The notes under the pieces are model-generated. The model worked only from the letters and a program-made list of their open reading frames with translations. It searched no databases and had not been told where the DNA came from. A program made the position numbers and the translations under genes. 64,000 bases of DNA. Origin: a virus (taxonomy: Duplodnaviria; Caudoviricetes). The stretch lies in IMG/VR virus record IMGVR_UViG_3300033067_001005, positions 11,545-75,544 of that record; one strand, written 5' to 3'. Below, piece by piece: positions 35,423 to 45,450 of the stretch (position 1 is the stretch's first letter; every line of letters begins with the position of its first letter).

Positions 35423-38400
35423 ATGCGCACTACCAGAGACTCGTTCACGGACTCTAAGAACCGCAAGCTAGTAATTCACCAGCTTGGCACCCCTCCTGTC
35501 GACGCGGACATGAACGAGGGCCAGAAGATTGGCGCAGTAGACGAAGCCGAGACGACCAACGCCATCCTGGCGGGGAGCATCAGAGCTACTGACGTGGCTA
35601 GTAGCCTGCGCCCTGTCTACGCGGCGGGAACTGGCTTCCGACCGTATGCCTCTGGTACGGCTAAGATTTTCCTGACCAAGGGCTCGTGCTGGATCGAAGG
35701 CTTTAGAGTCACGCTAGATTCTGACCTGGACCTAACGGCTGCTGGCCTGTCCTTTCCTGTAGTTGGTGGCTCGGACATCTACGGCTACATCTACGCCGAC
35801 GTGACGTGGGCAGAGGTAGACAGCGCAGGAGACGCCTCTATTGCTGTTCCGCAGCTGGGCGAAACTGCGCGGCGCATTGCCATGTCTATCACCTACCATA
35901 AGGCGGAAAGCACGGTCAGCTATGCTGCGGCCGTGTCAGGCATTGCTGCTCTTCCAGTGGTGACCGACCCCAGAATCTGGAAGGGGAACACTGCCCGTGT
36001 GTTCTTCTGCAAGTACTACAGAGCGGCAGCTTCCACTAACATCAACTCGGGGGATGTGCTGGACCTACGTCACCCTGTTTCGGGTGAGAACCGTCAGACA
36101 TTCATCAAGACTCTAAGACCGTCTGGATCGGCTTCTGGCAGCTCTGATGAGGGTTCCGGCGAAGCTGACAGCATGATCGTATGGAACCTAGACAACTCCA
36201 AGCTAGTCATCGGAAAGCGCACTGACAACGCTAATCCTGAAGACCACATGACTGGTCTTTACGTGAAGAGCGCCGAAGGACCTAAGCACTACGTCGCTTC
36301 TAATCCAGGGCAGGTTTGGGCTTCTACAGGGGCAGGAACCACTGATGGTAGCCCCGTAGTTCTTGTGCCTGGAGATGGCTGGGCTCTAGCAGAAGACCAG
36401 GCTCTTGGCTGGCTAACGCAACAAGGTGCGGCAGGCGGCTCAGGAAGGCTGGCTAAAGACACCGTGGCTGGCTCTTGGGTATTCGATCAGACTCCAGCCC
36501 CCACGTCGCCTACCTTCGGTCCATTCTTCACGGAGAAGCTGTCTGTTGCTGCTCTAACGTCCTTCAATAAGGACCCTGGCAGCTTCATTCTCTGCTACCG
36601 CAAAGGACCGGACCTAATCTGGTACAATGGGCAGGTAACTAGAGGCTACGCTGGAACACCCTCGTTCGAGGAGCTGGGAGCCACTCCATCTGTCTACACA
36701 GCTATCGTCGGCACTACTGGTAACGCTAACCACCTGGCGTACCAAGACGGCGTAGAGCGCGCGCTAGCCATCCCCATGACCGGGCAAGGCGATGGTGCTG
36801 TTGGGGCTTCTAAGACGCTGCGTTACCACGTAAGACGTGGCTCGTGGATCTTCACTAGAAAGATTCGCAAGTTCGGAACCATCGGCAGCGGCGGAACGAC
36901 CTACTCATACCTGAACACCAAGTCCAACATCATCGTGGAGGGAGATGGCCCGTCCGTAACGGAGCTTTACTTCCAGAACACGGTGTCTGCCTCTAGAGCT
37001 GCTGCTGATCCGGCCATCTTGGTGATGGCAGCGGACCGCATCGAGTTGCGCGAACTACGCCTTCGCCAGAATCAAGATGCTACCTATAAGGGTAGCTACT
37101 TCTATTTCGAGGGATACGAAGTCGTTCTAGAGAACTGCATCTTCTCTGGCCCTGTCGCTATCAAGGCGGCAAAGGTCAGAATCAAGAACTGCATCTTTGA
37201 AGGCTTTGGCGGCTCCGCTGTGCGTAACTTCGTGGCTGACTCCACAGGTAACCCGCTTGTGGCGCAGCACCTCTACCTGTCGACGCTGGCAGACAGCACG
37301 CAGCACGAATGGGAAGTAGACCACAACGTGTTTTTGATGACTAGTGACGCCGGCACGCATGCTGGTGTCGTTGTAGAGCCAGACAGAGCTACCTCTCCTC
37401 TGACTCTAGACATGCATCATAATCACTTCGTCTACACGGCCACCTGCACTATTCCGTCTGTCCACATCAATGGCAAGTACGGAAAGCTGGACATCTACAA
37501 GAACCAGTTCCTGAACGCTCGTGGCAAGGGGAAGCCTGGCTATATCGCTCCGGCTGACGGCACGGCACCATTCAATGGAAGCTCCTACGGTGGGAGCGTT
37601 CTAATCAAGGATGTCTCTAACAACCAAACCGTGGCTGCGGCCTACGTCAGCTGCACCAAGGGTAGAGACCCGAGCAGCGCCATCGAAGTGCATCACAACT
37701 ACTTCGACATGACCTACCTGGGGCAGACGGCTTCTGCTTTCACGGCCTGGGGTTGCTTCATCCACGCCTTCAACTCAATTACGGCGGCGGCGACCACCAG
37801 AATCCACAACGTCCACTTCGACGACAACGAAGTGAACATGAGCTGCTCTAACGGCTACGGATGGCCTGGATCGCCCACTACCAAGGTGTGCGCCTGGGGC
37901 TTCGTGCTAATGCCTACCTACCAGGACGGCGTCGGACTCTCTGCCCTTAGAGTCTATAACGTCACAGGCAACGGCAACTCGTTCGACCTCGGCGGAGAAG
38001 ACGCAGCCAACCAGAAGTGGATTTGGCGTAGCATCCTAGGCGTCGACGTTGACACGTGGCCGGCTGACTCCGTGGGCCACTTCATGGACACTCCGTGCCT
38101 TCTTGGTGTATCTATGAGGGCGAGCACTGGCGCCTCTGCTTACACCAATACCAATAGAAGAGCGACTGGGGTCGTTTTCAACAATAACCGCATCTATACC
38201 CGCGCTCTAGACGGAAGCAGCGAGGCTCAGCGAGCCATCATCAGTCTGAATGACTCCGTCATGAACGACTATTGGCTAAGCTTCATCTGCGTAGAGCAGG
38301 GTCACTACTCGACGAACAGGACCGCCGCGACCGAGACCGGCGCCCCTCTGCGCATGTTCACGGGTGTGAAGGCTCCTGTGGCCATGGGGAACACGATCGA

Positions 38401-38743
38401 GGCTCCTGTCTACACCAGAGCGGGAACGATGACTGGTGACGTGGGGGCCGTCTACTTCGGCGGATGCTACCAGGCCAGAGGCAGCAACAATTTCATCGAA
38501 CTCTACTGCATTGCCGGTGGTTCTCCCATCCGCATCCCCGGCATCTTTGATGATGGAGGTATTCGCTCTCTATTTGTGGGCAACAATGAAGCTTGCGGCT
38601 ATGCCGTTGGCGGTGGCTCCTCTGGCTACTGCATCTCTAACCTGCTAGTTCACGGGCTCGCCGAAGGGCCTAACGGGAACTTCGGAAGCACTACCAAGCA
38701 GGCGCTAGAAACCGCCAGCACTGGTCACAACTTCGTTGCCTAG
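35423..38743 (+). CDS. tail fibre/tailspike with right-handed beta-helix (candidate depolymerase)
   Basis: N-terminal Q.G.P..DAD.NE baseplate-anchoring motif; later repeats such as VVLENCIF, VRIKNCIF, ..DHNVF, ..HHNHF, ..NNNRI. Confidence 0.8.
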   Translation: MRTTRDSFTDSKNRKLVIHQLGTPPVDADMNEGQKIGAVDEAETTNAILAGSIRATDVASSLRPVYAAGTGFRPYASGTAKIFLTKGSCWIEGFRVTLDSDLDLTAAGLSFPVVGGSDIYGYIYADVTWAEVDSAGDASIAVPQLGETARRIAMSITYHKAESTVSYAAAVSGIAALPVVTDPRIWKGNTARVFFCKYYRAAASTNINSGDVLDLRHPVSGENRQTFIKTLRPSGSASGSSDEGSGEADSMIVWNLDNSKLVIGKRTDNANPEDHMTGLYVKSAEGPKHYVASNPGQVWASTGAGTTDGSPVVLVPGDGWALAEDQALGWLTQQGAAGGSGRLAKDTVAGSWVFDQTPAPTSPTFGPFFTEKLSVAALTSFNKDPGSFILCYRKGPDLIWYNGQVTRGYAGTPSFEELGATPSVYTAIVGTTGNANHLAYQDGVERALAIPMTGQGDGAVGASKTLRYHVRRGSWIFTRKIRKFGTIGSGGTTYSYLNTKSNIIVEGDGPSVTELYFQNTVSASRAAADPAILVMAADRIELRELRLRQNQDATYKGSYFYFEGYEVVLENCIFSGPVAIKAAKVRIKNCIFEGFGGSAVRNFVADSTGNPLVAQHLYLSTLADSTQHEWEVDHNVFLMTSDAGTHAGVVVEPDRATSPLTLDMHHNHFVYTATCTIPSVHINGKYGKLDIYKNQFLNARGKGKPGYIAPADGTAPFNGSSYGGSVLIKDVSNNQTVAAAYVSCTKGRDPSSAIEVHHNYFDMTYLGQTASAFTAWGCFIHAFNSITAAATTRIHNVHFDDNEVNMSCSNGYGWPGSPTTKVCAWGFVLMPTYQDGVGLSALRVYNVTGNGNSFDLGGEDAANQKWIWRSILGVDVDTWPADSVGHFMDTPCLLGVSMRASTGASAYTNTNRRATGVVFNNNRIYTRALDGSSEAQRAIISLNDSVMNDYWLSFICVEQGHYSTNRTAATETGAPLRMFTGVKAPVAMGNTIEAPVYTRAGTMTGDVGAVYFGGCYQARGSNNFIELYCIAGGSPIRIPGIFDDGGIRSLFVGNNEACGYAVGGGSSGYCISNLLVHGLAEGPNGNFGSTTKQALETASTGHNFVA

Positions 38744-38752
38744 GAGGCTGTA

Positions 38753-39106
38753 ATGGAACTCGAGCTACTGAAATCCCTCTTCTCTAAGAACTGGTGGCTT
38801 AGTGCTGCCATCGTCATCGGGCTCGTGATGCGCCTCCTAAAGGAAGACGTAAAGGGCCCGAGCATCCCCGCGAAGTATCGCCCACTGGCTGTCGTCGTTC
38901 TGGGCGCACTAGCTGGCGTGGTGAACGCCGTTCTAACCGGCCAACCCTGGCGGATGGCCTTCGCTCAAGGCTGCCAGGCAGCGGTCATCGCTATCGTGGG
39001 CCACTACTTCGGCGTAGACCTGCTTCTAAAGGGCAAGGAACTTCAGATTCCAGGCCTAATGGTGAAGCCGGAAGAGAAGAAGGAAGAGGACAAGCCCAAT
39101 GTCTAA
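38753..39106 (+). CDS. holin-like membrane protein
   Basis: three hydrophobic segments and a charged C-terminal tail (KPEEKKEED). Confidence 0.55.
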   Translation: MELELLKSLFSKNWWLSAAIVIGLVMRLLKEDVKGPSIPAKYRPLAVVVLGALAGVVNAVLTGQPWRMAFAQGCQAAVIAIVGHYFGVDLLLKGKELQIPGLMVKPEEKKEEDKPNV

Positions 39107-39509
39107 TACGACATACGACAAGTTCAAAGAGCAGATCCTAAAGGCCGGTATCAATCTAGAGACAGATGATATCCGGGCCGTGCTCATCGACACAGCACTG
39201 TACACCTTCAGCGCCGCTCACGAGTTCCTGTCGTCTGTAGCTGTTGGAGCGCGCATCGGGACTCCCGTTGCTCTAACCACGAAGACGGTAACTAACGGCG
39301 TCTTCGACGCTGACGACCCTACCTTCACCTCTGTGCCGGCCACTTCGGTGGAAGCTCTGCTCATCTACAAACACACAGGTGTGGATGCCACGGCTCGTCT
39401 CATCTACTTCGTGGACACAGCGTCCGGACTTCCCTTCACCACTTCCGGCGGAAACGTCTCAGTGGCGTGGGATAACGGCGCTAACAAGATTTTCGCCCTC
39501 AGCGGTTGA
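39099..39509 (+). CDS. conserved phage tail-associated protein
   Basis: Y..FK..IL...INL..DDI...L.D...Y, ..VFDA.D..F, LP.T..GG.V.V.W pattern common in tail fibre loci. Confidence 0.7.
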   Translation: MSNTTYDKFKEQILKAGINLETDDIRAVLIDTALYTFSAAHEFLSSVAVGARIGTPVALTTKTVTNGVFDADDPTFTSVPATSVEALLIYKHTGVDATARLIYFVDTASGLPFTTSGGNVSVAWDNGANKIFALSG

Positions 39510-39521
39510 ACGAGGCTCTAC

Positions 39522-39839
39522 ATGATCATGTCTCCTAATCAACGGATGCGTCTTCACTGGGACGCTGACAAGGGTTGGATTCTGGACGTACCTATGGCAC
39601 TGCCAGACTCTGCGCTACGTAAGGCGGTGGACTGGGCGCTACCCCACCAGAAGCAGCGTCTTCTGGGCCTACCTCTAGGGCCTAAGCGGGACGAGCTAGC
39701 GGCGGCAATCAAGCAGCTGTCCGAATATAAGGTCAACCAGCGCGTCATTGGCGCCCGCGGAGATACCAAGGGCGATCAGGTCTTCTTTGAGGCAACCGAG
39801 CGGGAGACAACTCGCTTCATCTCTGTAGGGAGTAACTAA
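39522..39839 (+). CDS. hypothetical protein
   Basis: ORF in operon, coupled to next gene. Confidence 0.55.
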   Translation: MIMSPNQRMRLHWDADKGWILDVPMALPDSALRKAVDWALPHQKQRLLGLPLGPKRDELAAAIKQLSEYKVNQRVIGARGDTKGDQVFFEATERETTRFISVGSN

Positions 39840-40354
39840 TGGCTGCCACTTGGCGCGCAACTTCAGCAGCAATTACCTATGCTAATGCTAAGGACATGCT
39901 CAATGTCTTCAACGGTGCTGCGTCAGCAAAGATCATCAAGGTGTATCGCTGCTACTTCTTCAACAACGGCACTGGCGCTGTAACCGGCGTGCTCACCACG
40001 CTACAGGTTCGTCGCATCACGGCTGCGTCTGTTGGTACTGCTGTAACTCCTGTGAAGCACGACACGAACAGTGCCGCTCTAGACGCGAACACGACTTGCG
40101 GAACCAACCAGACCGTCACAGGTTCTGACATCTTCCGCCGTCTTGTCTGGTCTAACGACGAGCCCACCGTCTCCGCGGCGACGCAAGATGAATGGGAGCT
40201 ACTCGTTCCGTTCGCTGAAATCTGGAACGCCGGTTACGGAGACTCTAACATTGAACCCATTACTTGTCGGACTACCCAGGGATGCGAAATCTTCCACTCT
40301 GGCTCTTCCGCAGTAGGCACTGCTGACGCAGAACTGGAGTTTACCAATGTCTAA
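39839..40354 (+). CDS. putative tail-associated beta-sandwich protein, one copy of a repeated domain
   Basis: VTPVKHDTN, FRRL, IEPI..R motifs shared with 40613..41788. Confidence 0.65.
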   Translation: MAATWRATSAAITYANAKDMLNVFNGAASAKIIKVYRCYFFNNGTGAVTGVLTTLQVRRITAASVGTAVTPVKHDTNSAALDANTTCGTNQTVTGSDIFRRLVWSNDEPTVSAATQDEWELLVPFAEIWNAGYGDSNIEPITCRTTQGCEIFHSGSSAVGTADAELEFTNV

Positions 40355-40610
40355 AGCTGAACTAACGGCCATGACTCCTGAGGAACGGACCACTGCACTC
40401 TTTGGTCTTCCAGGAAAGCGCGTTTCCGCCACCAATAGAGGAGGGGGCTATCCTGTAGAGAACGCCCCTGCTCCTGGACCTAGAGAAGGTGCTGTAGACC
40501 GTGTAGAACGAGACGGCACCATCTGGGTAGACTTCGGTGAAAAGCGCGCACTAGACGGCGCAGCCTACGTAGAGAGCTTCAACTGGACTGAACTGGAATA
40601 CCTGGAGTAA
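40347..40610 (+). CDS. small SH3-like hypothetical protein
   Basis: GKRV....G.V..VE.DG.IWVDFG pattern. Confidence 0.5.
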   Translation: MSKAELTAMTPEERTTALFGLPGKRVSATNRGGGYPVENAPAPGPREGAVDRVERDGTIWVDFGEKRALDGAAYVESFNWTELEYLE

Positions 40611-40612
40611 TC

Positions 40613-41788
40613 ATGCGCTTCTCGTACACCTACCACGCTCAAGCTGTAGATTCAGCCCCACTACAGGATGGTGTGGCTTGCGTGTACAATGGAATGTCTG
40701 ATGGGCTTGTCGAGGTTCGCTCCGTCTACCTTTACCCTGCGGGAGGGGGCAACCCCGTTGTGGGCGTAGCGAACCTGGCAATTCAGCGTATTAGCGCCAT
40801 GACTGCTGGAAGTGGCATAGCTGTGTCTCCTGTGAAGATGGACACTAACGCTAACGATCCAGCTGATGTTGCTGTAGTATGTGCCCCAGACGCTGTTACA
40901 CCTACTGACTTCTTCAGACGGTTGGCTGATTGCCCGGCGTTCTCAACCACTACAGCTAACGCTAGCTTGGCTAGCAAGGTGCTTAGCGGAGGGAACAAGT
41001 GGCAACCACTTTCCTCTTCAGACTTTTTCAGAGCTGTTCTTGGTACTGATATAGAGCCCATAATTCTAAGACCTAATGAAGGCTTCGCTCTTATGCAAAC
41101 TGCCTGGGGTAAGCCCCATGCTATGCGTGTCGAGCTATTCCTTTGTAATACGGTCACTGGCTCTACTTACGTTTACCGTTCTGCTAAAATAGGCACTACT
41201 AGAAGGCTGGACAAGGCCATCCTTGCAGTAATGAACACACATGCTTCTGATGTCTATGAGGTGTGCTGCATTTCCGTGCCTGATGATGGAGACTCTAACC
41301 AGAACGTGCGCCTTCGCTTGCTGCTAATCGATGGTTACGAGGGAGGAGATGACACGGAAGTCTTCTCTAGACATGACACAGCTGTTCCTGTACCAGCTGG
41401 ATTGAAGGCTGTGGCCGGCCCTTTCAGGGCTAAGCCAGCCGGAGAAAACTTTGGTGCTCCAATTGACTGGCACACCGGACAGCAGGCACTAGCGATGCCA
41501 ATTGCCCAGCAGCACAAGATGGGTAGGCTTAGAAACAGGACGTTCGGCCCCCTTCCCTACTATGAAGGAGCCCCAAGTGCCTTCCCTATGGGGAAGAGCT
41601 TTCTACTGTTTGATGCTACTGGTGGGCAGGACGGCGGAATTATTCTGCGTCCTGGGCAGGGCCTAGCAATTGTCGTAGGCTCTGAAGGTAGCCTAGAGAA
41701 CTCTACCTTCTCCTACTACGAAGCCTCATTTCACCTCTCCGTTTCCCCTCCAATGGTCTGTGCGCAAAGCAGCGCAGTGGGGTTGTGA
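40613..41788 (+). CDS. putative tail-associated protein with two copies of the 39839 domain
   Basis: VSPVKMDTN/FRRL/IEPIILRP and FSRHDT/IILRPGQG. Confidence 0.65.
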   Translation: MRFSYTYHAQAVDSAPLQDGVACVYNGMSDGLVEVRSVYLYPAGGGNPVVGVANLAIQRISAMTAGSGIAVSPVKMDTNANDPADVAVVCAPDAVTPTDFFRRLADCPAFSTTTANASLASKVLSGGNKWQPLSSSDFFRAVLGTDIEPIILRPNEGFALMQTAWGKPHAMRVELFLCNTVTGSTYVYRSAKIGTTRRLDKAILAVMNTHASDVYEVCCISVPDDGDSNQNVRLRLLLIDGYEGGDDTEVFSRHDTAVPVPAGLKAVAGPFRAKPAGENFGAPIDWHTGQQALAMPIAQQHKMGRLRNRTFGPLPYYEGAPSAFPMGKSFLLFDATGGQDGGIILRPGQGLAIVVGSEGSLENSTFSYYEASFHLSVSPPMVCAQSSAVGL

Positions 41789-42303
41789 TGCCGATTAGAA
41801 ACAAGGCGTTCATTCTCTCGTTTCCGGCTGTTAGCTCCGTGTCCAGGCCAGACAGGTACACTGGCTACACGTTTTCGTCTGGCTCGGCCAAGATCAGCAA
41901 AGATGGAGGAGCTTTCAGTAACACGACCAACCTTCCAGTGGAGATTAGCGCGGGCCGCTACTCCCTGACGCTGACTGCTACAGAGATGAACGCTGACTTT
42001 GTTCACGTGTATGTAGAGTCGTCCGGCATAGACCCTGTAGACTTCCAGGTAGCCACCTCTGGGCACCCTTCTGGCGCTGTTATCGCCTCCCCATCTCCTA
42101 CCTCTACGGTCTTCGGAACAGACCGAACGGAGGCAACGACGGACTACTGGAAAGACGCTCTAATCATGTTCACTTCCGGCGCGCTCGCCGGGCAGGTGAA
42201 GAAGGTGAGCGCGTATGATGGCACGACTAAAGCCGTCACCGTCAGCTCTGCGTTCACAGCAGCACCAGCAAGTACGGATCGATTCATCCTCGTAAACCTG
42301 TGA
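41788..42303 (+). CDS. putative virion structural protein
   Basis: ISKDGG.F.NT.N...E...G.Y.LTLTA.E and Y...I.FTSG...GQ...V..Y motifs seen in tail accessory proteins. Confidence 0.6.
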   Translation: MPIRNKAFILSFPAVSSVSRPDRYTGYTFSSGSAKISKDGGAFSNTTNLPVEISAGRYSLTLTATEMNADFVHVYVESSGIDPVDFQVATSGHPSGAVIASPSPTSTVFGTDRTEATTDYWKDALIMFTSGALAGQVKKVSAYDGTTKAVTVSSAFTAAPASTDRFILVNL

Positions 42304-42310
42304 GGACTCA

Positions 42311-43231
42311 ATGACTAGGCTGCTGTTTGACTTCTTCGACGTAGCTACGCCCGGGACAGTCAGCCCCTCAAGCCTAGTCATCGTCATCAATAAGGGCTCT
42401 CCTGTCGTCTCAATGTCTGCGGCTGCAGCTGGCGCGACTGTGACGGTCAACAAAGGCTCCGTTCTCACCAATCTAATAGTGCTTCCCACTGGGAGCACCG
42501 TTCTAGTCAACAAAGGCACTGACAGCTTCTCCATGGGCATCTTGCCTACAGGAAAGACTGTCACTGTCAGCAAGGGTGCAGCCGTCCTTACGCTGGCCCT
42601 GGCTGTAACAGGCAAGCAACTACCTTTCCAGCTAGGCGCAGACGTTTTCGGAATGAGAGTCCTTCCTGCTGGGAAGGCTCTCGTTTTCGGCTACGGAGCA
42701 GCAACGCTGACGCTGAAGGTGCTGCCCTCCGGGAACACTGTTTCTGCTTCTAAGGGCTCCTCTGTCATTGGTCTGACATTTCTGCCTTCTAGCCACTTCA
42801 TTTCCGTAAACTATGGTGCTCCAGCAGAAAGCGGCACCATAAACGTTGCGGGAAAGCTGGTAACTGTATCCAAGGGAAGCCCTGTCTTCACCCTTGTGAG
42901 CGGAATCAGCGTTGTAGTAGCTGGGCACGCAATCACCGTCACAGGCGGAACGCCAACGTTCATCAGCGGGATTACCAGCTGGGCTGTTCAGCCACAGGTA
43001 ACCAGCACCTTTGCTTTCGCTACTGCTCCTGAGCAGCCAGGTGTTGTCAGCCTCTCTACTATGAGAACTGGGCTACCTATCATTCGAGACTTTGGCGTTG
43101 TGGCACAGGGCACCCAGCCAAGCCCGAGTCTTCCCGTTCTGTCTAATCCTAAGCAGCCGAGGGCCGCAATCGTGCTCGTTGCCCCGCAGAGACAATCCAA
43201 GCCCGTGTCAGCTACAGCAAAGAGGGTGTGA
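42311..43231 (+). CDS. fibre-like protein with ~20-aa beta-repeats
   Basis: repeated LP(T/A/S)G.T.V.(K/Y)G units. Confidence 0.6.
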   Translation: MTRLLFDFFDVATPGTVSPSSLVIVINKGSPVVSMSAAAAGATVTVNKGSVLTNLIVLPTGSTVLVNKGTDSFSMGILPTGKTVTVSKGAAVLTLALAVTGKQLPFQLGADVFGMRVLPAGKALVFGYGAATLTLKVLPSGNTVSASKGSSVIGLTFLPSSHFISVNYGAPAESGTINVAGKLVTVSKGSPVFTLVSGISVVVAGHAITVTGGTPTFISGITSWAVQPQVTSTFAFATAPEQPGVVSLSTMRTGLPIIRDFGVVAQGTQPSPSLPVLSNPKQPRAAIVLVAPQRQSKPVSATAKRV

Positions 43232-43881
43232 TGGGAATAACACTGAATTGGGGATTCGATCCTTCTACCGCTATCACCCAGTTCGTGCTCACCAAGAGCA
43301 CCGACAAGGGAAAGAGCTACTCGGCTCTAACCACCATCGCCTTTGATGTGACTGGTGCAGCCTTCGACGCAAAGAAGGGTCTGTTCTTCTACACCGATGC
43401 AGCTGGAGCACCGGGCCACATCTACAAGTTGGTGGCGCAGGGAGCAGCTGGAGACAGCTCTCCGTCGTACATTGTCGCTCCGGCTGACGAGCCCACCACT
43501 TGCCTGGTGATTGGCTACATTAGAGATGGCTTCGGGGCCGTCAACGAGAACGTGAAGGTCAACGTCAGCTCGTATGGGAACGCTCAGGAATCGTGGGCGG
43601 ACAACCCTAATGGGCTGATTGCTCAGAACCCGAGAAGTCTAGGCATCGTCGCGGGAGAGCGCACTGTCTACCCGGACTCCAATGGGATGTGGCAGGTAGA
43701 GCTAATCAAGAACACCAGGGCGCGCATCATCATCGAAGAGATGAACTTCGACTGGACGTTCAAGGTGCCCAACGATTCTGGGCCTGTGAACATCACAGAT
43801 ATCCCTCAGTTGCGTGGACAGGAATTCCACGGAGCTAGAGCAGACGTCCGAGGTAACGAGCCCCCTCCCGTTAGAGGCTAG
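43231..43881 (+). CDS. putative structural protein (Fn3-like N-terminus)
   Basis: I.LNW...S.D.G.SY...Y.D..G...Y.YKLVA pattern; last gene before terminator. Confidence 0.55.
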   Translation: MGITLNWGFDPSTAITQFVLTKSTDKGKSYSALTTIAFDVTGAAFDAKKGLFFYTDAAGAPGHIYKLVAQGAAGDSSPSYIVAPADEPTTCLVIGYIRDGFGAVNENVKVNVSSYGNAQESWADNPNGLIAQNPRSLGIVAGERTVYPDSNGMWQVELIKNTRARIIIEEMNFDWTFKVPNDSGPVNITDIPQLRGQEFHGARADVRGNEPPPVRG

Positions 43882-43894
43882 CTCTTTACTTTTT

Positions 43895-43923
43895 CAGCCT
43901 GTGGCGCATAGGCTGTTTTCTTT
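43895..43923 (+). terminator. rho-independent terminator closing the structural operon
   Basis: CAGCCTGTG-gcg-CATAGGCTG followed by TTTTCTTT. Confidence 0.7.
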
Positions 43924-43938
43924 CCAGGAGAGCAGCCA

Positions 43939-45450
43939 ATGTTGCCCATCGTTATAGATGCCATGAGCTGGTATCCACTAGAGATACTGGCTGACGTAGA
44001 GAAGACAAAGCGAGACCTAACAGTAGAAAACAAGGCGTACGCGGATAGACTGAAGTTCGGCAGACCAACCGAGCGCGACTTCTCCCACGTGACGCTGTAC
44101 GAGGAGACCGAGGACTACCTCGGTGTTCCTCGTACCTACCATCCTGTGCTGAATGCTAAGGCTGCTTTTAGCCGCCAAGAAGTGCTAGAGGACGTGTGCC
44201 CTTTGAGAGGCTCCAAGCCTTGGCCGCTCCGCCGGCAGCCAAGAGAGCACCAGCTAAAGCCTCTAGAGGTACTGCGCGCCAACGCTGAAGACGGCTTGCT
44301 GTGCATGGGTTGCGGCAAAGGAAAGACTGTCATTGCGCTAATGCACGCGGCGGAATGTGGGCTGAAAACCCTTGTAATCGTTGACCGCGAATTCATCCTA
44401 GAGCAGTGGAAGCGTGAGGCCTGGACGACCATCGCCATGGCGCCAGGAGACATCGGCCACATCCAGGGGAAGCGCGTCGACGTAGGTAACCGTGTCACTG
44501 TGGCTTCCGCGCACACGCTCGCCCGGCGGGACTACGGAGACGAATGGTACCGTCAATTTGGACTAATCATCTTCGATGAGGTCCACGTTGCCGCGGCACC
44601 CTCTTTCGAGCCGTTGCTGAAGCGCTTTCCTGGGCGTAGGCTTGGCCTCTCTGCTACGCCCAAGCGAGCAGACGGATTAGACCCGGTCTTCACGATGCAT
44701 CTGGGCGGAGACCCTGTCTACACGGACCTGTCTAGAGACCAGCCCTCTAGATGGGTCTTCAAGCGTTTGCCGCCTCTAGTAAGCGAGAAGATGCTCATGG
44801 GCCTATTCTGGCGCCGAGCCGGCAGGACGCTTCACACGCTACTGCGCGACGCGGAGAAGAACGCGGTCCACGCCCCGCGCAACTACATGCTGAACAGGGC
44901 TGCCTTCGAGACCAAGGTCTCTGAAAGCCCCGAATGGCAGGCCACGATCATCTCTGACATCCGCAAGGCTGTAGAGAAGGGTCGTAGCGTGCTCGTCCTA
45001 GGCAGCCGCACCGACCAGCTAGAGGAACTGGGCATGCAGGCGCAGCTACAGGGGATTGATGCTGGTGTCGTCATCGGCTCCACGAAGCAGAAGGATCGGG
45101 AGCGCCACTTCAGAGACCGAAGGGTGCTACTGGCGACAGACGACCTCGCCGCCAAGGCGCTCGACGTTCCACGCATTGACACGCTGTTCCTCCTGTTCCC
45201 TTCTAGTAACGAGACGTTCCTACAGCAAGCCTGTGGGCGCATCGACCGTCTACACGAAGAGAAGAGAAAACCTCTAGTCGTCGTTTACAGCCATCTCTAT
45301 GTTCCCCGCTTTCAGCGTAAGGAAGATGAGATGGTAGCCGCCATTAGAAAGATTGATAAGGATGCCTCCTTCAACTACGTCGGATACTCCCAGAAAAGCA
45401 AAGTGGGGCAACGCTCGCGCCTGGACGTGCTTCTTGGAGTACGTCGATAA
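43939..45450 (+). CDS. superfamily 2 helicase (UvsW/XPB-like)
   Basis: GCGKGKT Walker A, IIFDEVH, LGLSATP.R.DG, LDVP..D.L, Q..GRI.R. Confidence 0.88.
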   Translation: MLPIVIDAMSWYPLEILADVEKTKRDLTVENKAYADRLKFGRPTERDFSHVTLYEETEDYLGVPRTYHPVLNAKAAFSRQEVLEDVCPLRGSKPWPLRRQPREHQLKPLEVLRANAEDGLLCMGCGKGKTVIALMHAAECGLKTLVIVDREFILEQWKREAWTTIAMAPGDIGHIQGKRVDVGNRVTVASAHTLARRDYGDEWYRQFGLIIFDEVHVAAAPSFEPLLKRFPGRRLGLSATPKRADGLDPVFTMHLGGDPVYTDLSRDQPSRWVFKRLPPLVSEKMLMGLFWRRAGRTLHTLLRDAEKNAVHAPRNYMLNRAAFETKVSESPEWQATIISDIRKAVEKGRSVLVLGSRTDQLEELGMQAQLQGIDAGVVIGSTKQKDRERHFRDRRVLLATDDLAAKALDVPRIDTLFLLFPSSNETFLQQACGRIDRLHEEKRKPLVVVYSHLYVPRFQRKEDEMVAAIRKIDKDASFNYVGYSQKSKVGQRSRLDVLLGVRR

